DNA of 64,000 nucleotides from Candidatus Eiseniibacteriota bacterium (GCA_044222065.1 JBGAOA010000006.1:23129-87128); one strand, 5' to 3'; shown: positions 52,401 to 61,764, numbered from the stretch's first letter. Program-made: numbers and translations. Notes: generated by a model from the letters alone, not told the origin.

Positions 52401-53363
52401 GCGTCGCCCCGAACGCTCGAGTTCTCGGCGACGTTCGGCGGCGACCCGTTCCAGCACGTCGGCTTCGCGAACGACTTCGACTTCAATTCGCCGTGGGCGG
52501 TGTTCAGCACGTTCTCGGGCGGCGGGCTCTACGCGCGCGCGAGCAATGGCACGAACACGGCGATCCCGGGCAGCTGGTTCGGCGCGCCTCACCGCTACCG
52601 CATCGCCTGGACCGGCGGCACGTTCGACTTCGCCGTGGACGGCGCGCCCGTCGCCTCGATCCCGTTCGCGGTCGGTGGCGCGCTGCGCGCGCTCGCGAGC
52701 GACTTCGGCGTCGGAGGCGGCGCGATCGCGCTCGACTGGCTCCGCCTGTCGCCGTACGCGGCAAGCGGCACGTACACGTCTCGCGTCGTGGACGCCGGCG
52801 CCGCCGTCGCGTGGAACGCGATCTCGTGGAGCGCCGACGCGCCCGCGGGCACGAGCGTGGCGCTCGCGGTGCGCGTCGGGAACGCCCCGGTGCCGGACGG
52901 CTCGTGGACCGCGTTCACGCCCGTCGCGGCGAGCGGCTCGGTCGTCGGCGTGTCGTCGCGCTACCTGCAGTACCGCGCGACGCTCGCGACCTCCGACGGC
53001 ACGCTGTCGCCCGTGCTCCGCGACGTGACGGTCGCGTGCGCGCCGTCGGGCGTCGGCGCGCCCGATCCCGCCCGCGCGCGCGCCTCCGCGCCGGTCGTGA
53101 CGCCGAATCCGCTCGTCTCGGGCGCGACGCTGCGCTACGCGATCGGCGTGGGCGCGGGGGCCGTGCCGGTGGAGCTCGCGATCCTCGATCTCCACGGGCG
53201 CGTCGTGCGCGTGCTCGAGCGCGGGCCGCTCGGCGCGGGCGAGCACGTCGCGCGCTGGGACGCGCGCGATGCGCGCGGCGCACCGGTCGTTCCGGGCGTC
53301 TACTACTACCGCTTCCGCGCGGGCGAAACCTCCGCGCGCGGCAAGCTCGTCGTGCTTCGCTGA
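49467..53363 (+). CDS. Large secreted protein: N,N-dimethylformamidase-beta-like domain, Ig, DUF4082, FN3-like and FlgD-Ig-like CTD
   Basis: ENALPGNP..W, YRMGWYGG.GAR, TWHAYN.YGGNSLY, VSYNRP, SVGHDEYWS, AGTVQWSWGL; VELGVRFRSD...NYWVDVVF; W.TDEPATSRVDYG; C-terminal WDARD..G..GVY. Confidence 0.85.
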   Translation: MLRRLADARSRFALFVALAAASAAPSFAQNEIAIENALPGNPSSEWDVTGAGDPSIQGFTTDISVNQGETVFFKIGTPAADYRIDVYRMGWYGGLGARKVATVQPSASLPQAQPAPLTDPATGLVDCGNWAVSASWAVPADAVSGIYVAKLVREDPEDGRASHVLFVVRDDDGGSDLLLQANDETWHAYNTYGGNSLYNGSPAGRAYKVSYNRPFTTRCCNYPDGAIVTWFFSAPYPMVRWLEANGYDVSYTTGVDTDRRGAELLEHGVFISVGHDEYWSSQQRANVKAARDAGVNLAVFSGNEMFWKTRWEPSLDAGGTPYRTLVCYKETHAGAKIDPLANVWTGTWRDPRFSPPADGGLPENELLGTIFKVNGVTNNELVVPEADGKMRLWRNTSVATLLPGQSATFATGTLGFEWDEDADNGFRPPGLFHVTSTTVSGVPVLQDYGSTFGSGTATHHATMYRAPSGALVFSAGTVQWSWGLDATHDNPGTPSDSRLQQATLNLFADMGVQPTTIQPGLVPASASADAIPPSSAIVSPLAGADVTAGTLVTITGAASDAGGRVGGIEVSVDGGATWHPAQGRELWSYAWTPSSAGSATIRSRSVDDSGNLESPGAGVTVTVHPPVGGVCPCHLFEGAGGPAASDAQSVELGVRFRSDRSGFVTGLRFYKPGPSNGGTHVGHLWTNAGANLRAATFANETASGWQQVDFGAGNEVPVTAETLYVASVLMPQGNYAATQAYFATHGEDRAPLHAPRDGAGGFPNGVYAYGAGGFPTGTFASSNYWVDVVFDTALAGSDTTAPAISNVLATPGPDGNSATVSWTTDEPATSRVDYGTSAGALSASASNGAFATSHALALAGLAPGTTYHYRVTSADGSANAATSPAPPAAPLTFATASPPCVADATSAEFARGRFGAGAYAGATADGEVMLAPAAGSEFGGAGLPAGWTGTPWAAGGAAAVSGGALAVDGARAGTDAAFASPRTLEFSATFGGDPFQHVGFANDFDFNSPWAVFSTFSGGGLYARASNGTNTAIPGSWFGAPHRYRIAWTGGTFDFAVDGAPVASIPFAVGGALRALASDFGVGGGAIALDWLRLSPYAASGTYTSRVVDAGAAVAWNAISWSADAPAGTSVALAVRVGNAPVPDGSWTAFTPVAASGSVVGVSSRYLQYRATLATSDGTLSPVLRDVTVACAPSGVGAPDPARARASAPVVTPNPLVSGATLRYAIGVGAGAVPVELAILDLHGRVVRVLERGPLGAGEHVARWDARDARGAPVVPGVYYYRFRAGETSARGKLVVLR

Positions 53364-53464
53364 GCCGCGCGCGGGCGGGCGAGGGGGCCGCCCTTCCGCC
53401 CGGCGGCGGCGAGCGGCTACGCTGCCCGCGCTCCCGCCGTGAACTTCCGATTCCGAGGTCCCGC

Positions 53465-54046
53465 ATGCGCCGATCGATGGTCGTCCTGTCGCTGCTCGCG
53501 CTCGCCGCGCTGCCCGGCTGCGCCACGCTGAACCAGCTCGCGACGCTCCAGAAGGTGAGCTTCGCGTTCGACCGCGTCTCCGAAGTGCGCGTCGCCGGCG
53601 TGCGCGTGAGCGAGAGCACGAAGTTCTCGGATCTCGGGATCGCGGATGCCGCGAAGCTCGCGGCCGCGATCGCGTCGAAGCGCTTGCCGCTCGAGGCGGT
53701 CGCGCACGTGAGCGCGACGAATCCGACCGCGAACGGCGTGAACGTGCGCATGGTCGAGATGCCGTGGACGCTGTTCGTTCAGGACCGCCGCGCGCTCGAC
53801 GGCGGCATCGCGGCGCCGGTCGCGATCGCGGCGGGCGCGACGTCCGACGTGCCGCTCACGCTGAGCCTCGATCTGATGCAGCTCGCGAACGGCGGCGCGC
53901 GCGAGCTGTTCGACCTCGCCCGCGGCATCGCGGGCCCGAGCGGCACGGCGACGGAGCTGAGGCTCGAGCTGCGCCCGTCGATCGAGACGCCGATCGGCCC
54001 GATCGGTTATCCGGCGCCGGTCGTCGTGCGCCGCACCCTCCGCTAG
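53465..54046 (+). CDS. Lipoprotein (LEA_2-like fold)
   Basis: Lipobox-like LPGC after a hydrophobic leader, and an NPT.N motif. Confidence 0.7.
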   Translation: MRRSMVVLSLLALAALPGCATLNQLATLQKVSFAFDRVSEVRVAGVRVSESTKFSDLGIADAAKLAAAIASKRLPLEAVAHVSATNPTANGVNVRMVEMPWTLFVQDRRALDGGIAAPVAIAAGATSDVPLTLSLDLMQLANGGARELFDLARGIAGPSGTATELRLELRPSIETPIGPIGYPAPVVVRRTLR

Positions 54047-54060
54047 CGCTTCCGATCGGA

Positions 54061-54104
54061 ACACGAAGCCCCTCGCGCGGGTCCTTCCGCACGAGGGGTC
54101 GTGT
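54061..54104. terminator. Hairpin between convergent genes
   Basis: ACACGA..CCCCTCG-C-GCGG...CCGC-A-CGAGGGG-TCGTGT imperfect inverted repeat. Confidence 0.5.
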
Positions 54105-54118
54105 GTCGTCCGCGGCTC

Positions 54119-56797
54119 TCAGGCCGCGCGGGCGATGTCCTCGTCGTCGTCCACGGCGCCTTCGTCGCGCACGATCGACATCGCGGACTGGACGCGCGCC
54201 GACGTCTGGCGCTCGTCGCGCAGCCCGTCGATCGCGGCTTCCGCCTGCTTCAGCAGGAACTGCAGCGAGCCGGTCTTCTCGACCGCCTGGTCCACGAGCG
54301 CCTTCTGCGCCTGCAGCGCCTCGAGGCTCGAACGCACGTCCACGAGCAGCCCTTCGGCGCGCGCGAGGCGTTCCTCGGCCCGGCCGAGCTGGCGCTTGCG
54401 TTCCTCGAGCGTGCCCGCGAGCGCGTTCGCGTCCTTGAGCTGGGACGTGACCTGCCGCAGCAGCTCGCGGCCGCTCTCGATCTCGTCGTGCGCCGACGTG
54501 ATCTCGCGCACGTGCGCCGAGGTCTGCTCGGCCATCTCGAACATGCGGTCGAGATCGGTCTGCAGCGTCTCGATCGTGCTCTGGCGCGCCGTGAGGTCGT
54601 CGAGCGCGCGGGCGATCGTCTCGTCCACCTGGTGCCACTTCGCGAGCCGCGACTCGAAGCGGTCGAGCCGCTGCTCGACCTGGCCGAGCGCCGCGGCGCG
54701 GTCCTCGAGCTGCCGCGCGACCTGGCCGACGCCATTCGCGCGCTGGTCCGCCTTCGCGACCGCCGCCGCGAGCTGCTGCGACAGCGCCTCGAGCTGCTGC
54801 GCGACGTTCGACGTCTCGACCCGCACGGTCGTGGCGCGTTCCAGCTCCTTCGCCGTCTCGGCGAGCGCCTGCTGGCGCTGCTCGAGCTCCTGCTTGAGCG
54901 CCGCGGTCTTCTCGGCGAGCGTCTCGACCGCGTCGCAGCGCTTCGCGATCGCCGCCACCTTCTGGCGCGTGTCGGAGGCCGAACGGTCGGCGGCGTTGAG
55001 CTTCGCCGCGATCTCGGTGACCTGGAGCGACATCTTCTCGGCGTCCTCGGCGCGCTCGTTCAGCGACTCGACGCGCTGCTCGGCCGCCTCCATGCGGGCG
55101 GCGAGGCGGTCGCCGCGCTGGTCCAGCTCGACGCCGTGCGCTTCGAAGCTCTTCATGCGCTGGCTCAGCGTCTCGACCTGCTCGCGCCGCGCCTCGATGG
55201 ACGAGAGCGAATCGCCGATGCGCCGCACCTGCTGCTCGGCGAGCTGGATCGCCGGCGCCATCGCGTTCAGTTCGCCGACCTGCGAGCGCAGCTCCTCGAC
55301 CGAGCGTTCGACGCCCGCGAGCCAGCCGCGCACCTCGGCGTGCGCCTCGTGCGCGCGCTTGAGCTCGTCGTGCGCGAGCTGCGTCTGCTCCGCGGCGTCC
55401 CGCACCGCGGCGTGCGCGCCGCGCAGCTGGCCGAGGTCCACGAGCGCGGACTCGACCGCGCTGCGCGACTGCTCGATCCGCGCGAGCTGCTGTCCGTGCT
55501 CGCGCGCCGCGCGCGAGGCCTCGTCGAGGTCGCGGCGGATCGCGTCGAGCTTCGTCACTTCCTGGCCGAGCGTGCCGGCCTCGAGCGTCAGCGAGGCGAC
55601 GCGCTCGGCGACCGACTGCGTCTGGCTCTGCAGCTGGCCGACGGCCGCGCTCGACTCGGCGAGGCCCTTGAAGCGCGACTCGGCGTCCGACAGCGCGGCG
55701 CGCAGGTCGGCGACGCGCTGCGTCACCGATTCGAGCCCGCGGCTCTCGAAGTCGAAGCGGCCGACGGTCTTCTTCATCTCGTCGGTCGCGGCCGCGAGCG
55801 AGTGACGGTTCGCCTCGACCTTGTCGTCGATCTCGCGCTGGAGCTTCGAGATCTCGCCCGAGCGCTCGACGACCGTCTCGTGCAGCTGGCGCGCGTTCGC
55901 GAGCGACTCCTGCATCTCGGCGAGCGTGCGCTCGTTGTCCTTCTGCTGGCGCAGGCCGGCGTCGATCTGGCGCATCGCGACGTCGAGCCGCTCCGCCTGG
56001 GCGAGCGCGCGGTCCACCGACTCGCGCTGCGCCTCGAGCGCGGCCATCTTGCGCGACACCGCGTCGCCGAGCGACTTGAGCGAGCCCATCTCGCGCCGCA
56101 CCTCGTCCACGCCGTGCTGCACGCCGTCGAGCGCCTTCACGGCCTCCTCGACGCCGCCGATGCGGCGTTCCTTGTCGGTCAGCGAGCGGGACAGGTCGTC
56201 GCGCCGGCGGTCGAGCGCCTCCATCTTCGAGAGCGCGAGCTTGTGCGCGTCCTGAAGCCGCTCATGCTGTTCGCGCAGCCGCGCCGCGCGCTCGCCGGCG
56301 CCTTCGACGTCCTTGCGGATCAGTTCCGAGTCGGCGCGCATCTGCTGGAACGGCTTCTCGACGTCGAGGAACGCCTGGAGCTGGTCCTTGAGGCTGTTCG
56401 CGTGGTCCACCTTCGAGGCGAGGTCGGCGAGGTCGTCCTGGACCTTCTGCGCGCTCTCGAGGATGGACAGGATCTTCGCGTCCGCGAGCTGCTGGGCCTG
56501 CGCGAGGCCCTGGGCGCGGTCGTCGAGCCCTTCGTACATCGTGCCGAGCTTCACGAGCGCTTCGAAGCGCTTCTCCGTGCTCTCGATGCGCTCGCTCACC
56601 GACTCGACGTCGTCGGTCGCCTTCGCGAGCGGCGCGGCGAGCGCCTCGAGACGCGCCGTCGCAGTGGCCGACTGCTCGAGCAGTTCGGCGTAGCGCTGAC
56701 GTTCCTTCTGCATCTCGCTGAGGATCGCCCGCATTTCCTCGGGGGTCGCCGACTTCTTGGAGTCATTGCCGAGCAGGCTCTTGAGCAGGGAGGACAT
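54119..56797 (-). CDS. Long coiled-coil protein (892 aa) with no recognisable globular domain
   Basis: ATG after an AAGGAG SD. E/Q/R/L/A-rich heptad pattern throughout, no Walker motifs and no TM. Confidence 0.85.
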   Translation of the reverse strand: MSSLLKSLLGNDSKKSATPEEMRAILSEMQKERQRYAELLEQSATATARLEALAAPLAKATDDVESVSERIESTEKRFEALVKLGTMYEGLDDRAQGLAQAQQLADAKILSILESAQKVQDDLADLASKVDHANSLKDQLQAFLDVEKPFQQMRADSELIRKDVEGAGERAARLREQHERLQDAHKLALSKMEALDRRRDDLSRSLTDKERRIGGVEEAVKALDGVQHGVDEVRREMGSLKSLGDAVSRKMAALEAQRESVDRALAQAERLDVAMRQIDAGLRQQKDNERTLAEMQESLANARQLHETVVERSGEISKLQREIDDKVEANRHSLAAATDEMKKTVGRFDFESRGLESVTQRVADLRAALSDAESRFKGLAESSAAVGQLQSQTQSVAERVASLTLEAGTLGQEVTKLDAIRRDLDEASRAAREHGQQLARIEQSRSAVESALVDLGQLRGAHAAVRDAAEQTQLAHDELKRAHEAHAEVRGWLAGVERSVEELRSQVGELNAMAPAIQLAEQQVRRIGDSLSSIEARREQVETLSQRMKSFEAHGVELDQRGDRLAARMEAAEQRVESLNERAEDAEKMSLQVTEIAAKLNAADRSASDTRQKVAAIAKRCDAVETLAEKTAALKQELEQRQQALAETAKELERATTVRVETSNVAQQLEALSQQLAAAVAKADQRANGVGQVARQLEDRAAALGQVEQRLDRFESRLAKWHQVDETIARALDDLTARQSTIETLQTDLDRMFEMAEQTSAHVREITSAHDEIESGRELLRQVTSQLKDANALAGTLEERKRQLGRAEERLARAEGLLVDVRSSLEALQAQKALVDQAVEKTGSLQFLLKQAEAAIDGLRDERQTSARVQSAMSIVRDEGAVDDDEDIARAA

Positions 56798-56996
56798 CGC
56801 GGGCTCCTTGTTGGCGACGCCGGCCTCGCGCGACCGGCGGCGTGAATGCGAGGGGGACGCCGTCCGCGGCCCGGCGATGCCGGTACGCGGGCGCCCGAAG
56901 GGATCGCGCTTCGGCCCGGGCGGTCCCTTCGCGTTCGAACGTCCGTTTCGGCCGGCTTCCGCTGCGCCGGCGCACTCCTGTGCGGGCGGCCCTCGC

Positions 56997-57012
56997 TGCA
57001 AGATGCAGGCCG
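56997..57012 (-). promoter_or_regulatory. Candidate sigma54 (-24/-12) promoter of the coiled-coil gene
   Basis: Minus strand CGGCCTGCATCTTGCA: GG-N10-GC with TTGCA, 200 nt upstream of the ATG. Confidence 0.4.
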
Positions 57013-57315
57013 CCGGGGGGCGGGCGCCGGGCGCGTGCAATCGCGAGCGCGAAACCCGCGTCCGGCCCGCATTCCGAGCGCACGCGCGGCATTCCGGCGT
57101 GCGGCGGCGTGCCGAATGCGCGGCCGCCTCGGGTCGCCCGGTCCGGCGAATCCCGGACCGGGGAGAGGCCAGTTCCCGGCCGCCGCGCGGTCGGATCCCG
57201 GCGCGATTCCGTTCGCGCGATCGCGGCCGCGCGCCGATAGGATGCGCACACTCGCTCACGCGCGACGCCGCGCCGCGTCGCGATCCTCGTTCCGGCCCCC
57301 GCCGAGGAGCCCCGC

Positions 57316-58320
57316 ATGTTCCGCGTTCCCGCACTCGCGCTCGCGACGCTCGCGTGCGCCGCCGCCGCGCACGCCTCCGAACTTCCCTACGCGCAGGACT
57401 TCCAGTCGCCCGACGGTTCGCCCTGGCCCGGGCCGTGGTTCCCGGGCTCGGTGCACGTGACGACGTGGGACGTGCAGGGCGGACGCGCGCGGCTGAACGG
57501 TCACACGAGCCAGGTCGCGCGCATGATCCTGCCGGGGTTCTCGGCCACCGACGTCGAGGTCGAGGCGACGATGGAGTTCGAGGACGTCGCGCACCAGGGC
57601 ATCGGCTTCTACGTGCGGCAGAACGGCGGAACGCTGCACGAGTACCTGCCCTTCGGACAGGGCTACGCCGTGTTCCTCAAGGGCTCGTGGGCGTGGCCCG
57701 AGGATCTCGGACTGTGGCGCGAGATCGACGGCGCCGAGACGCAGTTCGCGTTCGGCACGAACCCGATCGCCGGCGGCCTCCTCGACCACGTGCGCTACCG
57801 CGTGCGTTACCGCGTCGAGCAGGCCACCGCGGCGACGACGCGCCTGCGCGCGAAGGTGTGGCCCGAGGCGTCGGGCGAGCCCGCCGGCTGGACCGTGGAC
57901 GTGTTCGACGCCGAGCCGATGCTGCAGGGCACGGCCGGGAGCTTCGCGATCGACATCTACAACCACGCGGGCACGCTGCCCGTGTACCTGGACGACGTCG
58001 TGATCCGCGCGCTGCCGCTCAACGCGGACGCGGGCCCGCCGCCGGCGGTGCGCGCGCTCGCGCTGTCCGCGCCGCGGCCGAACCCGGCGTCGTCAGCGGC
58101 GAGCGTCGAGGTCACGCTCGCGCGCGCGGACGACGTCGCGCTCGCGGTCGTGGACGCGGCGGGCCGCGTCGTCGCGCGGCCGTTCGCCGGGCCGCTCGCG
58201 GCGGGCCACCACACGCTCGCGCTCGGCGGCGCGCTGCGCGGCCTCGCGCCGGGCGTGTACGCGCTCGAGCTGCGCGCGCGCGGCGAGCGCGCGATGCGGC
58301 GGCTCGTCGTCGCGCGCTGA
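57316..58320 (+). CDS. Secreted beta-sandwich protein with shortened FlgD-Ig-like CTD
   Basis: GAGGAG SD and a signal peptide ending AHA. LRAKVWP...EP..W motif. C-terminal PRPNPA...DAAGRVV...PGVY. Confidence 0.8.
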   Translation: MFRVPALALATLACAAAAHASELPYAQDFQSPDGSPWPGPWFPGSVHVTTWDVQGGRARLNGHTSQVARMILPGFSATDVEVEATMEFEDVAHQGIGFYVRQNGGTLHEYLPFGQGYAVFLKGSWAWPEDLGLWREIDGAETQFAFGTNPIAGGLLDHVRYRVRYRVEQATAATTRLRAKVWPEASGEPAGWTVDVFDAEPMLQGTAGSFAIDIYNHAGTLPVYLDDVVIRALPLNADAGPPPAVRALALSAPRPNPASSAASVEVTLARADDVALAVVDAAGRVVARPFAGPLAAGHHTLALGGALRGLAPGVYALELRARGERAMRRLVVAR

Positions 58321-58326
58321 GCCGCG

Positions 58327-59142
58327 CTACGGCCGCCGCTTCACGGCGACGATCTCGAGCACGAGCGGCGTGAGCGTGAAGCCGCCGGGCGCCGAGCCCG
58401 TTTCGGCGAACGCGCGCCGCACGGCGTCGGCGCGCGCGGGTTCGATGCGGCCGAGCTCGACGAGCCGGTCGAGGCCGACGTTCACGAACGCGAGCGGCCA
58501 CTGCCACAGGAAGTCGCCGGGGCGCGCGACCTCGACGATCGGACGCACCTCGCGCAGCTCGAAGCCGAGCGCTTCGAGCCAGCCCGGGAGCGCGAGCCCG
58601 ACGTCGGGCTCGCCGCCGCTCTCGCGCCACGACGCCATGACCTCGCGCACGAACGACTCGAACTCCTCGCGCACGGGCGACACGCGCCACGACCGGTAGT
58701 CCGCGTACTCGTGCAGCACCATCGCGCCGCCGGGCGCGAGCCGCGCCGCGACGCGCTCGAGCACGCGGCGCGGTTCGCGCACGAACGCGTACACCCAGCG
58801 CGACCACGCGCCGTGCGCGACGAACGGCGGCAGCTCGCGTTCGTCGAGGTCGAGTTCGTGCGTCTCGACGTTCGCGAGGCCGCGCGCGCGCGCCATCGCC
58901 TCGCACGCGTCGAGGTAGCGCCGCGAGCGGTCCACGCCGATCACGCGCCCCGCGGGCCCGGCGATCTCGGCGAGGTCGAGCGCGGCGTAGCCGGGGCCGC
59001 AGCCGACGTCGAGCAGCGTCTGGCCGGCCGTGAACCCCGCGCGACGCCACGCGTCGCTCGCGCGCGGGCGCCACACGCGGTGCTGCAGTCCGAGTCGTTC
59101 GAGTTCGGCGTCGTGCGTGCCGAGCACGTAGTCGCGTTCCAT
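58327..59142 (-). CDS. Class I SAM-dependent methyltransferase
   Basis: YVLG...ELERL..Q, LLDVGCGPG, GRVIGVDRS, L.PGG. Confidence 0.92.
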   Translation of the reverse strand: MERDYVLGTHDAELERLGLQHRVWRPRASDAWRRAGFTAGQTLLDVGCGPGYAALDLAEIAGPAGRVIGVDRSRRYLDACEAMARARGLANVETHELDLDERELPPFVAHGAWSRWVYAFVREPRRVLERVAARLAPGGAMVLHEYADYRSWRVSPVREEFESFVREVMASWRESGGEPDVGLALPGWLEALGFELREVRPIVEVARPGDFLWQWPLAFVNVGLDRLVELGRIEPARADAVRRAFAETGSAPGGFTLTPLVLEIVAVKRRP

Positions 59143-59242
59143 CGGGAGTCCTCCGGGTGCCGGTGCGTCCGAGTGAGCTCCGCGCAGTCTCGCACGCGGG
59201 CCGCGCGCGGACCGGCCGTTTTCGGAAGCCGATGGCCGGCGC

Positions 59243-61573
59243 TCAGAACGCGATCGTGACGCCGCCGACGGGGAAGAAGTGGATCTGCTCGACGGCGGCG
59301 AGCGAGCGCGTCTTGGCGTTCCAGACGTACTGGAAGACGTTGCGCTCGTCGAGCACGTTCTGCGCCTCGAAGAACCACGTCACGTTCGCGCCGAACGTGC
59401 GCGTGCGCCGGTCCACGCGCAGGTCGAGCCGCCGGTAGTCGCGCGCACGCACGCCGTTCACGCGCGCGAGGTCGAGCACGTAGCGGTTCTGCTGGGTCGA
59501 GACGGGCTCGAGCGGCGGCGTGTACGGCCGGCCGGTCGCCGCGCTGAAGCGCCCGGACAGCTCCCAGTCCGGCGTCGGAATCCAGCCGAGGATCGCGGTC
59601 GCGTTGTGCGGCGAGTCGAACGCGCCGCGCCGCAGCACGCCGTCGAGCGCGCGGTGCTCGACGTGCGAGTACGCGTACGAGAGTTGGCCGTACCAGCGCC
59701 CGGTGAGCTTCTTCTGCGCGTAGAACTCGACGCCGCGCGCGCGCCCGGAGCCGGCGCTCGCGAGCGGCAGCAGCAGGCCGTAGAGCGCGTACGTGTCGCC
59801 CGTGTTCGCGAACGACAGCGTCGGGTAGTCGCGGCTCACGGGATAGCGCGCGTACGTCTTCGCGTACGTCTCGAGCGTGAACCGCAGGTCGGGGCGCGGC
59901 AGGAACTGCAGCCCCGCGACGAGGTGGTCGGCTCGGATCGGATCGAGGCGCCGGTTCACGTCGTACGCCTCGACGAGCGCGAGCGGCGGCGACTGGTGGA
60001 AGCGCCCGGCCGAGAAATTCACGTCCCACGCCGGCGTGAGGTGCAGCGTGAGCCCGGCGCGCGGATCGAGCGTCGTCGCCGCGATCGCGCCGAAGCGGTC
60101 CGCGCGCACGCCGAGCGTCGCGTCGGCGCGCGCGCCGAGCCGCCAGGTCGCCTGGGCGTGCGCCGCGGGGTTCCACTCGCCGCTCTCGAGGTCGAGCGCG
60201 ATCTCGTTCACGCGCGCCGTGTCGGACGAGAACGGATTCTGCGTGCCGAACGGCTGCTCGACGGCGAAGTGGTTGCGCGTGCGCTGGAGCCGCGCGCCCG
60301 CCTTCCAGTCGCCGAAACGCGGGCTGCGGTAGGCGGCGTCCAGCTTCACGGTCGTCTCGCCCTCGAGCGAGGCGTTGCGGAACGAGCGCGCGCCGCCGAG
60401 TTCCTTCGAGAACGCCTCGACCTCGTAGATGCCGACCGCGTCCGACACGCCGAGCGTCGTCCAGCCGCGCGCGCCGAGCAGGTGCTGCCAGTTCACGCCC
60501 TCGATCTGTCGCCAGCCGCGATCGGTGATGCGGTCCTCGTTCGGATCGTCCAGGTCCGCCGGATCGGGTTCGAGCGCGATGTCGTCCCGGCCGCCGACGG
60601 CGACGAACCACACGCGGTCTCGCGGACCGGGCTCGAGGCTGCCGCGCAGCTGCCAGTTCGTGTAGTGCGGGATCGCGGCGAGGCCGAACGAGTCCGCGAG
60701 CAGGTCGAGATAGCTGCGGCGCACCGAGCCGATCCACGCGCCCCGCGATCCGAGGGGCCCCTCGGCGAGCGCGCCCGCGCCCGCGACGCTCACAACCGTC
60801 TCGGAGCGGAAGCGCTCGCGGTCGCCGTCGCGCAGTCGCACTTCGAGCACGCTCGAGAGCCGCCCGCCGTACGCGGCCGGGAAGCCGCCCGCGAGGAACG
60901 TCGCATCGCGCACGAGTTCGTTGTCGAGCATGCTGATCGGCCCGCCCGACGTGCCCTGCGCGGCGAAGTGGTTCAGCGTCGGGAACTCGACGTTGTCCAC
61001 GAGCGTGAGGTTCTCGTTCGGACTGCCGCCGCGCGCGATCAGGTCGTTGCGCTGGTCGTTCGCCATCGCGAGGCCCGGGAGGCTCTGCACGAGCCGCAGG
61101 ACGTCGCCGATCGCGCCGGGCGAGCGGCGGATCTCCTCGTACGAGAGCGCGTAGCTCGTCGTCGGCACGTCGGCCGGCTTCGCGAATCCCTTCGCGCGCA
61201 CCTCGACCTCGCCGGCTTTCACGGCCGCGACGTCGAGCTCGAAGTCGGCCTGCGTCGTGCGGCCCGCGGTCACGACGACGTCCGACAGCACGACTGGCGG
61301 GTAGTCCATGCGCAGCGCCCGCACGCGGTGCGTGCCCGCGCGAACGCGCGCGATCTCGAACCCGCCGTCGTCGCCCGTGAGCGCGCCGAGCGGCGTGCCG
61401 AGCACGGCGACGGTCGCCTGCGCGATCGGCTGGCGCGTCGTGCGGTCCACGACGCGGCCGCGGATCGAGCCCGTGTCCGCCGCGCGCGCGGTCGCGGCGG
61501 CGAGCGCGAGCGACAGCAGTGGATGGAGCAGGGCCGAGGCGGCGCGGAGACGGAAGGGGATTGGGCGGGTCAT
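59243..61573 (-). CDS. TonB-dependent receptor with carboxypeptidase-regulatory-like N-domain
   Basis: DVLRLVQSLPG, RGGSPNENL..VD, GGFPA.YGGRLSSVL, DPR, RLDLRVD and a terminal F. Confidence 0.92.
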   Translation of the reverse strand: MTRPIPFRLRAASALLHPLLSLALAAATARAADTGSIRGRVVDRTTRQPIAQATVAVLGTPLGALTGDDGGFEIARVRAGTHRVRALRMDYPPVVLSDVVVTAGRTTQADFELDVAAVKAGEVEVRAKGFAKPADVPTTSYALSYEEIRRSPGAIGDVLRLVQSLPGLAMANDQRNDLIARGGSPNENLTLVDNVEFPTLNHFAAQGTSGGPISMLDNELVRDATFLAGGFPAAYGGRLSSVLEVRLRDGDRERFRSETVVSVAGAGALAEGPLGSRGAWIGSVRRSYLDLLADSFGLAAIPHYTNWQLRGSLEPGPRDRVWFVAVGGRDDIALEPDPADLDDPNEDRITDRGWRQIEGVNWQHLLGARGWTTLGVSDAVGIYEVEAFSKELGGARSFRNASLEGETTVKLDAAYRSPRFGDWKAGARLQRTRNHFAVEQPFGTQNPFSSDTARVNEIALDLESGEWNPAAHAQATWRLGARADATLGVRADRFGAIAATTLDPRAGLTLHLTPAWDVNFSAGRFHQSPPLALVEAYDVNRRLDPIRADHLVAGLQFLPRPDLRFTLETYAKTYARYPVSRDYPTLSFANTGDTYALYGLLLPLASAGSGRARGVEFYAQKKLTGRWYGQLSYAYSHVEHRALDGVLRRGAFDSPHNATAILGWIPTPDWELSGRFSAATGRPYTPPLEPVSTQQNRYVLDLARVNGVRARDYRRLDLRVDRRTRTFGANVTWFFEAQNVLDERNVFQYVWNAKTRSLAAVEQIHFFPVGGVTIAF

Positions 61574-61764
61574 CGGAGGGATCGGGGCGGTGGAAGCGCC
61601 CGGCGCCGGCAGCATAGCCGCGCCTCCGGCTCCGATCGAGGCGATCCCCCGATCGCGCGGTCTCGCGCCGCCGCGCCGTTCCATCGCGAGCGCCGTGCAC
61701 CGCCCAACCCCGGCGCCGCTCCGCGCGTCCAAGCTGCGCCCGCCGCGTTCCCCGGAGACTCCGC

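Noticed and set aside
54119..57334. SMC/chromosome segregation protein, or a 1071-aa version of the ORF
   Set aside because: No Walker A/B, signature or hinge. The extension upstream of 56797 is non-coding-like, and the SD sits before MSSLLK.
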